A stretch of 64,000 nt of DNA, taken from the NCBI GenBank assembly GCA_021799035.1, contig JAJZBG010000001.1, positions 50,706 to 114,705 of the forward strand, given 5' to 3'. A model generated the notes under the pieces. That model was not told the DNA's origin. It did not search any database and was given only the letters and a program-made list of their open reading frames with translations. Numbering within the stretch: position 1 is the stretch's first letter; the number at the start of each line of letters is the position of its first letter. The position numbers and the translations under genes were made by a program. The stretch is from Actinomycetes bacterium (GTDB taxonomy: Bacteria > Actinomycetota > Acidimicrobiia > Acidimicrobiales > Acidimicrobiaceae). Below, piece by piece: positions 1 to 10,793 of this stretch.

Positions 1-1
1 C

Positions 2-487
2 ATGTCGGAGGTTCTATTTTCTCCATCTGTGATGGGAACCGCTAGCATAAGTGGGAACCTCTGGCCTCATGCTGGCCGAACTGGGGCAGCCGCAGGGATC
101 CTAGGAACTCTGGGTGACCTGCTCGCATTGGCTCGAGCGCTTCTGTGGGGCACGCCGTTTTTAGATCCTGCCCTGCTTGCTCGCGCCAAGGTTCCCTTTC
201 TTCCTGAGCTACCGGGAATCTTGCCTGGTTTTGGAAAGATGTCTAGAAATGACTGGGGACTTGGAATAGAAATCCGGGGGGACAAGTCCCCCCATTGGAC
301 TTCAAGGCTGAACTCACCATCAACCTTTGGCCATTTCGGTGCGGCAGGAACCTTCCTCTGGATCGATCCTGAATGTAATCTTTCCGTGGGAGTGTTGACT
401 GACCGAGAGTTTGGACCATGGGCACAACAAGTTTGGCCAGAGCTTTCAAGCATAGTTTTAGGTGCGTATGGACACCACACCAGGTGA
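2..487 (+). CDS. serine hydrolase / beta-lactamase-family protein, C-terminal part (5' end probably lies outside the window)
   Basis: ORF abuts the window edge. The C-terminal region resembles class C beta-lactamase-like esterases (FGHFGAAGTFLWIDPE). 161 aa is too short for a complete family member. Confidence 0.55.
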   Translation: MSEVLFSPSVMGTASISGNLWPHAGRTGAAAGILGTLGDLLALARALLWGTPFLDPALLARAKVPFLPELPGILPGFGKMSRNDWGLGIEIRGDKSPHWTSRLNSPSTFGHFGAAGTFLWIDPECNLSVGVLTDREFGPWAQQVWPELSSIVLGAYGHHTR

Positions 488-524
488 GGCTTGGGCGTCC
501 TTGTCGCCGAGATATGCCGAGAAG

Positions 525-893
525 CTATTTGGGAGATGCAGCTGAAGGGGCCAAGAGTTCGCGGTTCGTGTCTTCCGAGGGCCTCAAGATCGCCGGGTGA
601 AGTACTGTTGCCTCTCCTCTTAGGTAGAGAGACGCTGTCTTGTGCGAGCGTGATTCAAGGCCGCGCAGTTCGGTGAATGGCTTGACAAACCCTGGAATTG
701 ACATTACTTGTCGTCGAAAGTTCGCGGGGTGGAGTGGCACGCTCCAGACTGCCTCGTACACGGCTCGCAGCTCACTCACCGTGAATGGCTCGTCAATGAA
801 GGCGATCGCAATAGACAAATATTCGAATTTGGCCCTGATTCGTTCGATTGAACATCCCAAGGCCGTAATCCCCTTCCGTGAGGGAGGGGTCAA
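525..893 (-). CDS. NrtR-like winged-helix domain protein lacking the Nudix domain (stand-alone regulator or gene remnant)
   Basis: IERIRAKFEYLSIAIAFIDEPFTVSELRAVYEAVWSVPLHPANFRRQV matches the C-terminal wHTH of Nudix-related NAD regulators. It lies 71 nt downstream of pncB on the same strand. The only start is TTG, with no obvious SD, and the reading frame opens just 6 nt upstream. Confidence 0.55.
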   Translation of the reverse strand: MTPPSRKGITALGCSIERIRAKFEYLSIAIAFIDEPFTVSELRAVYEAVWSVPLHPANFRRQVMSIPGFVKPFTELRGLESRSHKTASLYLRGEATVLHPAILRPSEDTNRELLAPSAASPK

Positions 894-964
894 GGCCGCT
901 TACTGCTGCTAACTCAACTGTCGCTTCCATGAACCGCTCACCAGGTCGCTATAGGTTCCCTGCT

Positions 965-2302
965 TCAGCTCGAAGCGCTTTTAAGATTTCCCTTTGAATC
1001 GAGTACTGTGGTATCCAAAGCGGGACGTCCTGACACAATTTCCATTGCCGAGTCACCAAGCTCGCGCAATGAATCACGGTGCATCAGCCGGATGTCATCA
1101 AGCCTTGTGGCGAGCACAGCTTCTCCGTCTTTGATGATCTGCTTCTGCAGCGGTCGGAGCTTCTCCGAGTGGAACACGGTCTTGTTCCCAACGGGGGAAT
1201 CAATGACCTGCAGGTATTCCATCACGGCCTTGTTGTCGGAATTTATCACTCGCCAAGGAAATTTCCTTCCTCCCAAAGTTGCCTTGGCCTCTGAAGCCTT
1301 TGAGACTGGAATAAGCATGCCGCTCTCTGTTTGCTGTATGGCTACTAGCTTGTAGACGAAGTTGGCGGTCGGAAAACCTGAACCGGTTACAAGCCTAGTT
1401 CCAACCCCGAAACCGTCGATGGGTTCATGAGATAGCTCGTCGATGCTGTACTCGTCAAGATCTCCGGAGATCACAATCTGGGTGTCGACGGCTCCGAGAT
1501 GGTCCAGCAGGCCTCTTGCTCGACGTGCTTCCTTTGCCGGATCCCCTGAATCGATCCGTATAGCACCTAGCGAAGTACCTGCCACAGAAATGGCATCCCT
1601 GATAGCAGCTTCGATGTCGTAGGTGTCCACAAGGACCGTTGTCTGCGGTCCCTGAGCCGCTATCTGTGCAGCAAAAGCACCTCTTTCGTCCTCGTGGGCG
1701 AGCATGAAGGCATGGGCAACGGTCCCTGTGATCGGGATTGAATAGAGCTGGCCGGCCTTCAGGTTCGAGGTGGCTGCAAATCCCACTATGTAAGCGGCGC
1801 GAGCAGCGCTCACCGCTGCCCGTTCGTGGATCCGTCGCGATCCCATCTCGACTAGGCGTCTTGATCCTGACGCGGACACCATTCTCGCGCCAGCTGACGC
1901 GACCGCGGAGTCAAAGTTCAGGATCGAAAGTGCGAGCGTTTCGAGCAGCAATGCCTGCCCGAACGGAGCTTCAACTCTCAAGATCGGCGATAAAGGGAAG
2001 TAGGTTTCTCCTTCTTCGTACGACCACACATTTCCACTAAAGCGGAAATCAGAAAGATACTCGATAGTTTGCGGCTTAAGATGACGACTGCCTTTAAGAT
2101 ACTCCAGGTCATCTCGACTGAATCTGAACTCCGATATGGCTTCCACAAGCCGCCCTATGCCGGCAACCACTCCATAGCGCCTTCCGGGAGGAAGCGCTCG
2201 GGCGAAGACCTCGAATGAGCTCTGCCTCATTGCCACACCTGAATGAAGGCTGGCTTCCAACATTGTAAGCTCGTACAGATCTGTCAAGAGTGAGGTCGTC
2301 AT
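965..2302 (-). CDS. pncB: nicotinate phosphoribosyltransferase
   Basis: 445 aa with the typical N-terminus LLTDLYELTM and full-length NAPRTase-like architecture. Confidence 0.9.
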   Translation of the reverse strand: MTTSLLTDLYELTMLEASLHSGVAMRQSSFEVFARALPPGRRYGVVAGIGRLVEAISEFRFSRDDLEYLKGSRHLKPQTIEYLSDFRFSGNVWSYEEGETYFPLSPILRVEAPFGQALLLETLALSILNFDSAVASAGARMVSASGSRRLVEMGSRRIHERAAVSAARAAYIVGFAATSNLKAGQLYSIPITGTVAHAFMLAHEDERGAFAAQIAAQGPQTTVLVDTYDIEAAIRDAISVAGTSLGAIRIDSGDPAKEARRARGLLDHLGAVDTQIVISGDLDEYSIDELSHEPIDGFGVGTRLVTGSGFPTANFVYKLVAIQQTESGMLIPVSKASEAKATLGGRKFPWRVINSDNKAVMEYLQVIDSPVGNKTVFHSEKLRPLQKQIIKDGEAVLATRLDDIRLMHRDSLRELGDSAMEIVSGRPALDTTVLDSKGNLKSASS

Positions 2303-2336
2303 GTCGCCACTTGAGCCTCTCGAGAAGTCTCGTTAT

Positions 2337-3143
2337 CTATATTTCAGAAGGCTCGATTGCCGGTAGCTCTGCCTTCTTCCCCAGGGCACTCTTGGATTTC
2401 GCGAACAGAACGACGAGGTAAATGGCAGAAGCCACCACCATCACGATAGAGAATACCTCGACAGCATCCCAGAGTCGTGGAACGGCGAGCCAGAAATATT
2501 CATCGCTAAATCGTGGAATGTCCCACAGCAGGGTCGCCGCCACAATGAGCGCACCGCTGGGGGCATTACGCTCTCTGAAGTACTTTTCCACCCTAAGGAG
2601 TATGAGAAAGACCACGAAATCCTCAGCTGCCTGGAACAGCGGGACAGGAATTCGATACCCGATTTGTCCCGCGTATTTGAGCCCGTACCACGCAGTGGTT
2701 GGCCGCCCTCCGCCATTTATCATGAGCTGCGGCCCAAGAAGCCTTCCCATGGACCAAGCTGCCACAAGTACCGGCGCGACGAGGTCGAAAGCTTTGGCAT
2801 ACGGGATTTCTGGAGCATAACGGTGCTTAAGATAGAGCGCAGTCGGAATTGCTCCAGCCAAGCCGCCATATGAGGACAATCCACCATGCCAGATCATGAC
2901 CGTCTGGGCGGGATTGTGAATGTAGTAGCTGATGTTTGCAACAATGTGCACAATCCTGGCGCCCACGATTGCACCTGCAATTATCCAAAGAAAAGATCTC
3001 TGAAGCCACTGAACCTGGAAGCCGTTGTCTCGCAGCCTGCGCTCGTAGTACCGGTATGCGAAATAGAAGGTTATTGCCAAGCCAATCCCATAAGTGTGGA
3101 TCAACAGTGGTCCAATGTGAAAATCTACGGGAATTGGCCGCAT
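2337..3143 (-). CDS. lgt: prolipoprotein diacylglyceryl transferase
   Basis: 268 aa polytopic membrane protein with Lgt-like blocks (HTYGIGLAITF, HGGLSSYGG). Confidence 0.85.
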   Translation of the reverse strand: MRPIPVDFHIGPLLIHTYGIGLAITFYFAYRYYERRLRDNGFQVQWLQRSFLWIIAGAIVGARIVHIVANISYYIHNPAQTVMIWHGGLSSYGGLAGAIPTALYLKHRYAPEIPYAKAFDLVAPVLVAAWSMGRLLGPQLMINGGGRPTTAWYGLKYAGQIGYRIPVPLFQAAEDFVVFLILLRVEKYFRERNAPSGALIVAATLLWDIPRFSDEYFWLAVPRLWDAVEVFSIVMVVASAIYLVVLFAKSKSALGKKAELPAIEPSEI

Positions 3144-3307
3144 TTAGGATTCCTTGTTATTTTGAGATACAGACTGAGCTCAGCTACCATTCTATAGGCC
3201 CGTTCACGGACATTACTGTCGTGCTCTGCCTTGGCGTATCGCGAGTATCAGGATACTCTCATTTGACGTCTGAATTGGCCCAGCTATTTACAGAAAAGGT
3301 TGTTCCC

Positions 3308-4072
3308 ATGGACTCAACTGCTCTTTTTCGATTGGACGGACAGGTGGCGATTGTCACTGGGGCTTCGTCCGGCATCGGAGCTCACCTTGCCGAGGTATTG
3401 GCCGGTGCTGGTGCCTCCGTTGTTCTTGCTGCGCGCCGCAAGGAGAAGCTTGAGACCGTTGTAGCTTCTATCGGAGGCTCCGCAAGCGGATTTCAGTGTG
3501 ACGTCACGAAAGACTCTGATCTTGGAGACCTGGTGGATTTCACAATGGACAAGTTCGGCAAGATAGACATCTGCGTTAACAATGCCGGCGTCAGCGAGCC
3601 TGCGGCTGCAGAGAAAGAGACACCCGAACAGTTCAGGGCGATCATGGCTTTAAACCTGGAGAGCGTCTTCGTCCTTTCGCAACTTGTTGGCCGCGTCATG
3701 CTTGAGGCTGGTGAGGGATCTATCGTGAATATCTCTTCAATTGCAGGACTACTTGCATCTGGGCAGATACCGCAGGCGTCATATGCAGCGTCAAAGGCTG
3801 CTGTAGTCAATCTCACCCGGGAACTTGCGGCCCAGTGGGCGCGTCGAGGCGTGAGGGTCAATGCAATTGCGCCTGGATGGTTTCCGTCTGAGTTGACACA
3901 TGATATGTTCATGGATCCGCGAGGGCAGGATTTCATCCGAAAAAGGTGTCCCATGGGACGCACAGGAGAATTGTCGGAACTTGATGGTCCACTGCTGTTG
4001 CTGGCATCCAAAGCTGGAAGCTACGTAACTGGCGAAACAATTGTGGTGGACGGTGGATGGACAATTATATGA
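3308..4072 (+). CDS. SDR-family oxidoreductase (FabG-like)
   Basis: TGASSGIG cofactor motif, NNAG, and the catalytic YxxxK (YAASKAA). I chose the internal ATG at 3308 because the 2936 start would overlap lgt on the opposite strand. Confidence 0.85.
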   Translation: MDSTALFRLDGQVAIVTGASSGIGAHLAEVLAGAGASVVLAARRKEKLETVVASIGGSASGFQCDVTKDSDLGDLVDFTMDKFGKIDICVNNAGVSEPAAAEKETPEQFRAIMALNLESVFVLSQLVGRVMLEAGEGSIVNISSIAGLLASGQIPQASYAASKAAVVNLTRELAAQWARRGVRVNAIAPGWFPSELTHDMFMDPRGQDFIRKRCPMGRTGELSELDGPLLLLASKAGSYVTGETIVVDGGWTII

Positions 4073-4101
4073 ACACTGGTGCGCGCCGGGAGTGCGGTGA
4101 T

Positions 4102-5040
4102 TCAAAAGGTCAGGATGATCTTTCCCAACTTTCCTGGAGCTTCGAACGTTTCGTATGCCTGTTTGGCGGAAGCTGAATCGAACACGGCTGCAACGGTGAC
4201 AGGTGCCAGGCCTTTTTCGACGAGGGGTAGGACATGGGACGCCATTTCTTTGGCGAGTTCAGCTTTAGAAACTGCCGAACGGGCTCTCAGGGTTGATCCA
4301 TGCAGGCGGCCCCTTTTTGACATCAGTATCCTGAGGTCGATCTCGCTTTTGGCTCCTGCGCCAACGCCTATGACCGAGATCCTGCCCTCAGTTGCAAGCA
4401 CAGAAAGGTCTTCCTGGAGGTTTGGAGCGCCAACGAGTTCGAGTATGACGTCGTACGGACCATGGCCTGGGACGTCGGATGGAAGGATCGGTTCCGCACC
4501 GAGCCTTCTGAGTGTTTCGTGATGCGCAGAATGCCTTGCGGATGCGAATACCCGAGCGTTTAGTGCGGAGCCGAGTGCAATGGCACTCAGTCCTACGCCG
4601 CCAGCCGCTCCGTTGATCAAGAGCCGATCAGACAGCGTCAAATTTGCCTGCCTGACTAGCGCATCGTAGGCTGTGAAGTAAGTTTCACAGAAACCTCCCG
4701 CGCTCACAATGTCCAAAGGGTCAGGGATGTGCACGGCATTCGTGTAATGGATCTTGCAGAGTTCGGCTTGAGCCGCTCCGCCTATCACGCCCATGACGGC
4801 ATCACCTGCTTGGAAGCCGGAAGTTTGGCTTCCGGCCTCTCTTACGATGCCGGAAAACTCTAGCCCAGGTATATCCTGCGGAATTCCAGGGGGAGCAGGA
4901 TAGAAGCCTCTCTTTTGAAGTATGTCGGCTGCGTTCAGTCCAGCAGCTCTGACCTCCACCAAGAGCTCCTCTGAGCCACATACTGGATCTGGAACTTCGG
5001 CGATCACTACGTCTTTGTCGACAATGACCACTGCCTTCAT
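4102..5040 (-). CDS. NADPH:quinone oxidoreductase / medium-chain dehydrogenase-reductase family
   Basis: 312 aa with a Qor-like N-terminus (MKAVVI...) and the AAGGVG dinucleotide-binding motif. Confidence 0.85.
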   Translation of the reverse strand: MKAVVIVDKDVVIAEVPDPVCGSEELLVEVRAAGLNAADILQKRGFYPAPPGIPQDIPGLEFSGIVREAGSQTSGFQAGDAVMGVIGGAAQAELCKIHYTNAVHIPDPLDIVSAGGFCETYFTAYDALVRQANLTLSDRLLINGAAGGVGLSAIALGSALNARVFASARHSAHHETLRRLGAEPILPSDVPGHGPYDVILELVGAPNLQEDLSVLATEGRISVIGVGAGAKSEIDLRILMSKRGRLHGSTLRARSAVSKAELAKEMASHVLPLVEKGLAPVTVAAVFDSASAKQAYETFEAPGKLGKIILTF

Positions 5041-5096
5041 CGCTGCCCTCCATGGTCTGTTGCCAGCGTAGTATAGCTAGTTGGGCGCGATTGACG

Positions 5097-6329
5097 CTAA
5101 ACGCGTCCAGCGGCAACCGGGCTTCCGGCCCAATATATTCCTGAAATCTCCACGGGAGCAGCGGGGTTTAGCGCCTGGATCACAAGTCCACCGCCTATGT
5201 AGATGGCCACGTGGCTGATGGGTGAGTAATAGAAGACCAGATCCCCAGGCTGAAGTGCTGATAGCGATACTCTTGCTGAATCATTGAACTGGGCTGCGGC
5301 AGAATGTGGAAGGCTGATTCCAGCTTTGGCATAGACGAAGGCGGTCAGTCCCGAGCAGTCGAATGCGTTGGGTCCTCCACCGCCAAATACATAGGGCTTG
5401 CCAAGTTCCTGGCGCGCCCATGAGATAGCAATCGAAGCTTGATTTCCCGAAATAATCGGCGTCGAAACGCCTCCTGAAGGCGAAGGAGGTCTGATCAGAT
5501 TTGAAGACGGAGCGTTGAAGACGATCTGGCGAGCTCTTGCAGCAGCCTGCTGCGCAGCTTGTTGCGCAAGGTAGGCCTGCTGTTGAGCAACGAGCGTCGC
5601 TATAGTGGCATTTACGGAGCTTAGCTGCGCCTTCTCTTGATTTACGGCTGACTGGGCTGCACTTCTTGCCGAAGCCACTTGGTTGAATGCCACCAGAGCC
5701 TTGGACTGCAGCGTCTTGAGATTTGCTTGCTGCTGCTTGAGACTCTGAGTGGCAGATTGAAGTGAAGCGATCAGATCGGTTTGCGAATTTGTAACGGTGT
5801 TGAGATACTCTTGCCGGACGGAGGCTTCAGTTGGGTTTTCGGTGAGCAAGGCCGAAAGGTCCGAAAGGCTTCCCCCGTTTACATATGCATTGATCGCTTC
5901 TTGGGCAAGTCGCGATCTTAGAGAGCCTATGTTCGATTCTGTCTGCATCACTTGCGTCTGTGCAGTACTGACCTGCTGGTTGACTTGTGACAAAGACAAC
6001 TGGGCTTGGTCGAATTTTTCGGAGAGCTGAGCCACTTGCCCTCCTAGATAGTTCAACCGCGCAGCAATCGCTGCTGCCTGAGCTTTGGCGCTCGCGATGG
6101 TCTCACCATCGGCTGTCCCGCTATTTGGCACCAGCTGAGCCAGAGATGCGGCACCGACCATTGCGACGGCCAGAATGACCCTTCTTTTTGGTGAAGCCTG
6201 CTGTCTCGACTTCACTTTTGAGATAGTCCAAGGTGGTTTCACGACGTTGACGACTTTACCCCGCTCGTAGCGTCCTGTTCCCCATATTCTAAAATATTTT
6301 GGGTCTGCATAACAAAACTGCTGGAGCAT
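5097..6329 (-). CDS. secreted NlpC/P60 peptidoglycan endopeptidase with long coiled-coil N-terminal region (RipA-like)
   Basis: C-terminal NlpC/P60 catalytic block FDCSGLTAFVYAKAGISLPHSAAAQ. The central region is Q/A-rich coiled coil and a signal-like segment (ILAVAMVGAASLA) is present. The true start may lie downstream of 6329. Confidence 0.85.
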   Translation of the reverse strand: MLQQFCYADPKYFRIWGTGRYERGKVVNVVKPPWTISKVKSRQQASPKRRVILAVAMVGAASLAQLVPNSGTADGETIASAKAQAAAIAARLNYLGGQVAQLSEKFDQAQLSLSQVNQQVSTAQTQVMQTESNIGSLRSRLAQEAINAYVNGGSLSDLSALLTENPTEASVRQEYLNTVTNSQTDLIASLQSATQSLKQQQANLKTLQSKALVAFNQVASARSAAQSAVNQEKAQLSSVNATIATLVAQQQAYLAQQAAQQAAARARQIVFNAPSSNLIRPPSPSGGVSTPIISGNQASIAISWARQELGKPYVFGGGGPNAFDCSGLTAFVYAKAGISLPHSAAAQFNDSARVSLSALQPGDLVFYYSPISHVAIYIGGGLVIQALNPAAPVEISGIYWAGSPVAAGRV

Positions 6330-6471
6330 GTGGCAAATCCGAGGGCAAGCGCGCAGCTAGAGAGTTTGTGAGCCACTCATTTCCGTAGGAAAAAATCGAT
6401 TAGCGAGGGATATGAATTATTGACTAGTTTTGTTGTGTCGGCTTGAGGATTTTTGAGAGGTGAGATAACCA

Positions 6472-7863
6472 ATGTCTCAGGAAACAGAATTTCGGATCGA
6501 ACATGACTCGATGGGAGAGGTTCGCGTCCCGGCAAGTGCCAAATGGCAGGCTCAAACGCAGCGGGCCGTGGAGAACTTTCCAATCTCGGGACTTCGGATC
6601 AGCCGTTCTCTTATTTGGGCTCTTGCGACGATCAAAGGAGCTGCAGCAAGGGAGAACGCGAAGTTGGGCATAATCGATGCCGCCGTTGCAGAGGCGATAT
6701 ATCAGGCTTCAATCCGAGTTGCCAATGGCGATTACGATGAGCACTTTCCTGTTGATGTATACCAAACCGGGTCTGGAACGTCATCTAACATGAACATGAA
6801 CGAGGTTCTTTCCACTCTTGCCTCAGAGGCGCTCGGAAAGACGGTAAAGCCGAACGACGATACCAATGCATCCCAGTCTTCGAATGACATCTTCCCCTCT
6901 GCAATTCATCTTGCAGCCACCAACCTTCTCAAGAACTCACTCATTCCTGCTCTTACGAAATTGTCGGAAGCGCTTGGATCCAAGAGCGCCGAGTTTCAAG
7001 ATGTTGTGAAGTCTGGGAGGACACACCTCATGGACGCCACGCCTGTGACCTTGGGCCAGGAGTTTTCCGGTTACTCATCTCAGGTCAGATATGGAGTGGA
7101 GCGCATAAACTCCATTCTTGCACGTGTTGGTGAGCTTCCGATAGGCGGCACCGCTGTCGGAACTGGCATAAACGCACCAGTTGAATTTTCACGCGGCACC
7201 ATCGAAATTCTGGTATCTGAAACGGGGCTTCCGCTATCTGAGGCAAGAGATCACTTCGAGGCCCAAAGCGCGCGTGACGCTTTGGTAGAAGCCTCGGGAG
7301 TTCTACGGACAATTGCAGTGTCTTTCTACAAGATTGCCAACGATCTGAGGTGGATGTCCTCGGGTCCGCGTTGCGGCTTAGGTGAGATCCATCTGCCTGA
7401 TCTCCAGCCTGGTTCTTCCATCATGCCAGGGAAGGTGAACCCAGTCGTGCCTGAAGCGGTTTGCCAGGTTGTTGCACAGGTGATCGGAAATGACGCTGCT
7501 GTGGCATTTGGCGGATCGGCAGGTAACCTCGAGCTCAATGTCATGCTGCCTGTCATCGCCAGAAACCTAATCGAGTCGATATCGCTTCTTTCTTCGGTGG
7601 CGACTGCTCTTGCCGACAAATGCGTGGAGGGAATTGAAGCTGATAGAGAGAGATGTTTGACCTATGCGCTTTCAAGCCCATCGATCGGCACCGCATTGAA
7701 CCCTTACATCGGATACGAGGCTGCGGCGAAAGTAATAAAGAAGTCTCTCAAGGAACAGAAGGACTTGAGAGCGGTCGTACTTGAGGAAGGCCTTCTCACC
7801 CCTGAGGAGGTTGACAAGGCACTAGATGTCATGGCAATGACCAAGGGTGGCATCCTGAAATAG
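6472..7863 (+). CDS. fumC: class II fumarate hydratase
   Basis: 463 aa with the signature [12 protein letters not shown]. Confidence 0.95.
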   Translation: MSQETEFRIEHDSMGEVRVPASAKWQAQTQRAVENFPISGLRISRSLIWALATIKGAAARENAKLGIIDAAVAEAIYQASIRVANGDYDEHFPVDVYQTGSGTSSNMNMNEVLSTLASEALGKTVKPNDDTNASQSSNDIFPSAIHLAATNLLKNSLIPALTKLSEALGSKSAEFQDVVKSGRTHLMDATPVTLGQEFSGYSSQVRYGVERINSILARVGELPIGGTAVGTGINAPVEFSRGTIEILVSETGLPLSEARDHFEAQSARDALVEASGVLRTIAVSFYKIANDLRWMSSGPRCGLGEIHLPDLQPGSSIMPGKVNPVVPEAVCQVVAQVIGNDAAVAFGGSAGNLELNVMLPVIARNLIESISLLSSVATALADKCVEGIEADRERCLTYALSSPSIGTALNPYIGYEAAAKVIKKSLKEQKDLRAVVLEEGLLTPEEVDKALDVMAMTKGGILK

Positions 7864-7922
7864 TCAGCTTTCATGCCACATGTTGATCGCGCGGAGGGTT
7901 TCGGTCGTGGTAGTTTCAAGTT

Positions 7923-8654
7923 ATGAACCCTCTTGAGCGTCTTCGATACATAGCTCGAATCGAGGGTGAAGATCCAGTAGATCTTGCCCTCGAGGTGACC
8001 TATATAATCGCCGAGCTGGCAAGCGACAGGGCGCTGCTCGTCTCAGCTCTTCGAAGACTGCTTGACCGGCATCCTGGTTACGGAATTTTGTGGATGGTTG
8101 CAGCTCGAGTGGCGGGGTCGGTCTTTCCTGAAGATGAGGCATGGTCTCTGGTTGGCGAGTTGTCGATGCCCAGGAGCGAACCACGCGGGTTAGCGCTGAC
8201 GGGGCTCCATGTGAGCCGCAATGGCAACATGTCAATCGTTGATGAGCGCAATTGCAGAGTCAACATTGGAGCGAGCACGGAGCGAGCCGTTGATTTCATA
8301 AAGTCTCATTCGGAGTCGTCTCTAGTGATTGACAGCGACCTGGTTTCGTCTCAGTTTGCTCTTCTGCCAGTAGTTGGCGTGAGGCTAATTGATGGGTATT
8401 CAGCACATATGACCTCGGTTCACCTAACCATACGGGCAAGTGATTTCTCACTTGTCTCGCCTACCATAAAGGGTTCCTTGGAATCGCGAATTGCAGCAGC
8501 TGGACAGAGCAGTGCTGCAGGACTTGTAGATCTCAAGGGGATCCACCAGCTCGTCTATCAAGGAAGCTCTTTGTCACCCAAGGTTCTTGATCGTATGGTG
8601 AGTTGGAAGGTGCCGCAAGAAGTCCTCCACTCTGCGGGCCCCATGCTCGGATGA
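7923..8654 (+). CDS. hypothetical protein
   Basis: 243-aa ORF with coding-like composition. I recognise no motif. Confidence 0.5.
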   Translation: MNPLERLRYIARIEGEDPVDLALEVTYIIAELASDRALLVSALRRLLDRHPGYGILWMVAARVAGSVFPEDEAWSLVGELSMPRSEPRGLALTGLHVSRNGNMSIVDERNCRVNIGASTERAVDFIKSHSESSLVIDSDLVSSQFALLPVVGVRLIDGYSAHMTSVHLTIRASDFSLVSPTIKGSLESRIAAAGQSSAAGLVDLKGIHQLVYQGSSLSPKVLDRMVSWKVPQEVLHSAGPMLG

Positions 8655-8785
8655 CTTGCGCTGCGCACGATTTGGCCCATGCGACATCTACATGGAGGCA
8701 ATGGTGCAGTTCTGGGATCGTAGAACTGGTTGCTCACCGCCTGGGTGCGTTGCGAACCCAGGATAGTTAGAGTAGCTTTTCGTCC

Positions 8786-9466
8786 ATGGGACAAATTATT
8801 GAATTTCCAAGCAATGGCACGTCTGCTTCTGGATACCTGGCATCTCCCGTGGAGAAGGTAGCACCTGGCGTAGTGGTGATCCAGGAATGGTGGGGCCTGG
8901 TTGACCACATAAAGGACGTGTGCGATCGCTTTGCAGCCAACGGTTTTTACGCACTAGCCCCAGACCTCTACCATGGAAAAGCCACAACAGAGCCTGATGA
9001 AGCGGGCAAAGCAATGATGGCGATGGAGCTTTCAAGGGCTGCCAAGGATATGAGCGGTGCAGTCTCCGAGCTTGTCAAGAGGAGCGGTGGCTCAAGCGTT
9101 GGCGTCGTTGGATTTTGCATGGGTGGGGCTCTTGCTCTGGTTCTTGCTGCAGACAGGCCAGATGCAGTGTCTGCAGTCTCGCCATTTTATGGAGTAATCT
9201 CATGGCCAAGTCCGGGACCGGATCTTGAAAAGATCTCAGCAGCGATACAAGGCCACTATGCAGAGTTGGATGATTCTGCTTCCCCGGAAGCCTCCAGGGC
9301 CCTTGAGGCGAGGCTCAGAGAGATGGGTAAGGATGTCGAATTCTTCATTTATCCTGGCACTCATCATGCGTTCTTCAACGACACGCGATCTGAAGTCTAC
9401 GACTCGCAATCGGCGAAGCAGGCTTGGGACAGACTGATACCCTTCCTGAGGGAGCACGTTCACTAA
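8786..9466 (+). CDS. dienelactone hydrolase family protein
   Basis: GVVVIQEWWGL..., nucleophile elbow GFCMGG, and a C-terminal HHAF block. Confidence 0.8.
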   Translation: MGQIIEFPSNGTSASGYLASPVEKVAPGVVVIQEWWGLVDHIKDVCDRFAANGFYALAPDLYHGKATTEPDEAGKAMMAMELSRAAKDMSGAVSELVKRSGGSSVGVVGFCMGGALALVLAADRPDAVSAVSPFYGVISWPSPGPDLEKISAAIQGHYAELDDSASPEASRALEARLREMGKDVEFFIYPGTHHAFFNDTRSEVYDSQSAKQAWDRLIPFLREHVH

Positions 9467-9488
9467 CCTGAATACAGCGGGTTCTGGC

Positions 9489-10730
9489 TTGTCGAAGGAG
9501 CTTTTGCGCGTGCCGACGTTGGTGGAAGAGTATCTCCTGCTTGGTTTGGAGCTCAACAAGTATATCGAGGGCTTCGTCGACGCCTACTATGGTCCTCGGC
9601 TTCTTTCCGAGCAGGTGAACAAGACTGCCAAAGTTGAGCCGGACCGGCTTGTTGCGCAGGCTCGAGAATTGATAGCTGCGATCGATTCTCATGAAGCAGT
9701 TGACGAAGGTGCAAACGCTCGTGATCCTGCAAGGGCTGCTTGGCTTCGCGCTCAAACCGTGGGGCTCCACACTACCGCACAGAGGTTGGCTGGAGTCCCC
9801 ATCGACTATGCAACGGAAGTTGAACTCTGTTATGGAGTGCGACCGAGACGCGTTTCACATGAAGAGGTCGAAGAGGCGCGGCAAGAGCTGGAGCGTGTGA
9901 TCCCAGGTTCAGGGGAGCTTAGAGGCCGCCTCAACGCATATAGAGACTCTTTCAGAGTGCCTCCCGAAAAGCTTCAACTCATACTCATGGATCTCAAAGA
10001 GTTGTTCAGAGCCAGGACGTCCGAGCTGTTTGGTTTGCCGGAAGGGGAGAGCGTCGAATTCGAGATAGTCACGTCGAAGCCCTGGTCAGGCTTCAACTAT
10101 TACCTTGGGGATCTCAAGTCCCGAGTCGCGATCAATGCAGATCTTCCCATCCTCTCCACGTCGCTGCCTCACCTTGTTGCTCACGAGGCTTACCCTGGCC
10201 ATCACTGCGAACATGTCAGGAAGGAAGTGAGGCTATACAGGCAGCTGGGTCAGAAAGAGGAGTCGATCTTTCTAGTCGGGACACCTCAGTGTCTGATAGC
10301 AGAAGGGCTTGCAGATTTCGGCCTCGAGATCTTGTTCGGAGTCGACGGCTTCGATGTCGTTTCACGGCTTATGATCAACCGCGGCATCAGCTATCCAGAC
10401 CAGGAGTTGAAAGAGGTGCGATCAGCGTTCGAAATACTCTCAAATCTGCGAGCAAACGCTGCTTGGGATCTTCACCAGGATGGAGTTCCTCCTGAGGCTG
10501 TTGTGGAGATGCTGGAGCGAGATGCCTTGCTGTCACGCCCTAGGGCCGAGAAGTCGGTGGAGTTTCTCACCGACCCAACATGGCGTGCGTACATCACCTG
10601 CTACGTAGAGGGATATCAGTTGGTTCGATCCTTCGTGGGACGTCTAGAGTCGGTTTCTGAAGTCTTGCGCATTGAGCGGTTCAAGCGTCTCGTTACGGAG
10701 CAGGTGGTTCCCAAAGACCTGGCAAGATGA
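9489..10730 (+). CDS. DUF885-like putative metallopeptidase-fold protein
   Basis: HEAYPGHH motif (the HExxPGHH pattern of the DUF885 family). TTG start. Confidence 0.55.
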   Translation: MSKELLRVPTLVEEYLLLGLELNKYIEGFVDAYYGPRLLSEQVNKTAKVEPDRLVAQARELIAAIDSHEAVDEGANARDPARAAWLRAQTVGLHTTAQRLAGVPIDYATEVELCYGVRPRRVSHEEVEEARQELERVIPGSGELRGRLNAYRDSFRVPPEKLQLILMDLKELFRARTSELFGLPEGESVEFEIVTSKPWSGFNYYLGDLKSRVAINADLPILSTSLPHLVAHEAYPGHHCEHVRKEVRLYRQLGQKEESIFLVGTPQCLIAEGLADFGLEILFGVDGFDVVSRLMINRGISYPDQELKEVRSAFEILSNLRANAAWDLHQDGVPPEAVVEMLERDALLSRPRAEKSVEFLTDPTWRAYITCYVEGYQLVRSFVGRLESVSEVLRIERFKRLVTEQVVPKDLAR

Positions 10731-10793
10731 TCTCACTGCGATCGTCCTGGGGTGGACTGGGAAAATTTGGGAAAGTTCACTATAATTTCTCAA

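Noticed and set aside
2936-3307. 124-aa N-terminal extension of the SDR ORF
   Set aside because: It overlaps lgt on the opposite strand and has non-protein-like composition. The SDR Rossmann motif begins right after the internal ATG at 3308.
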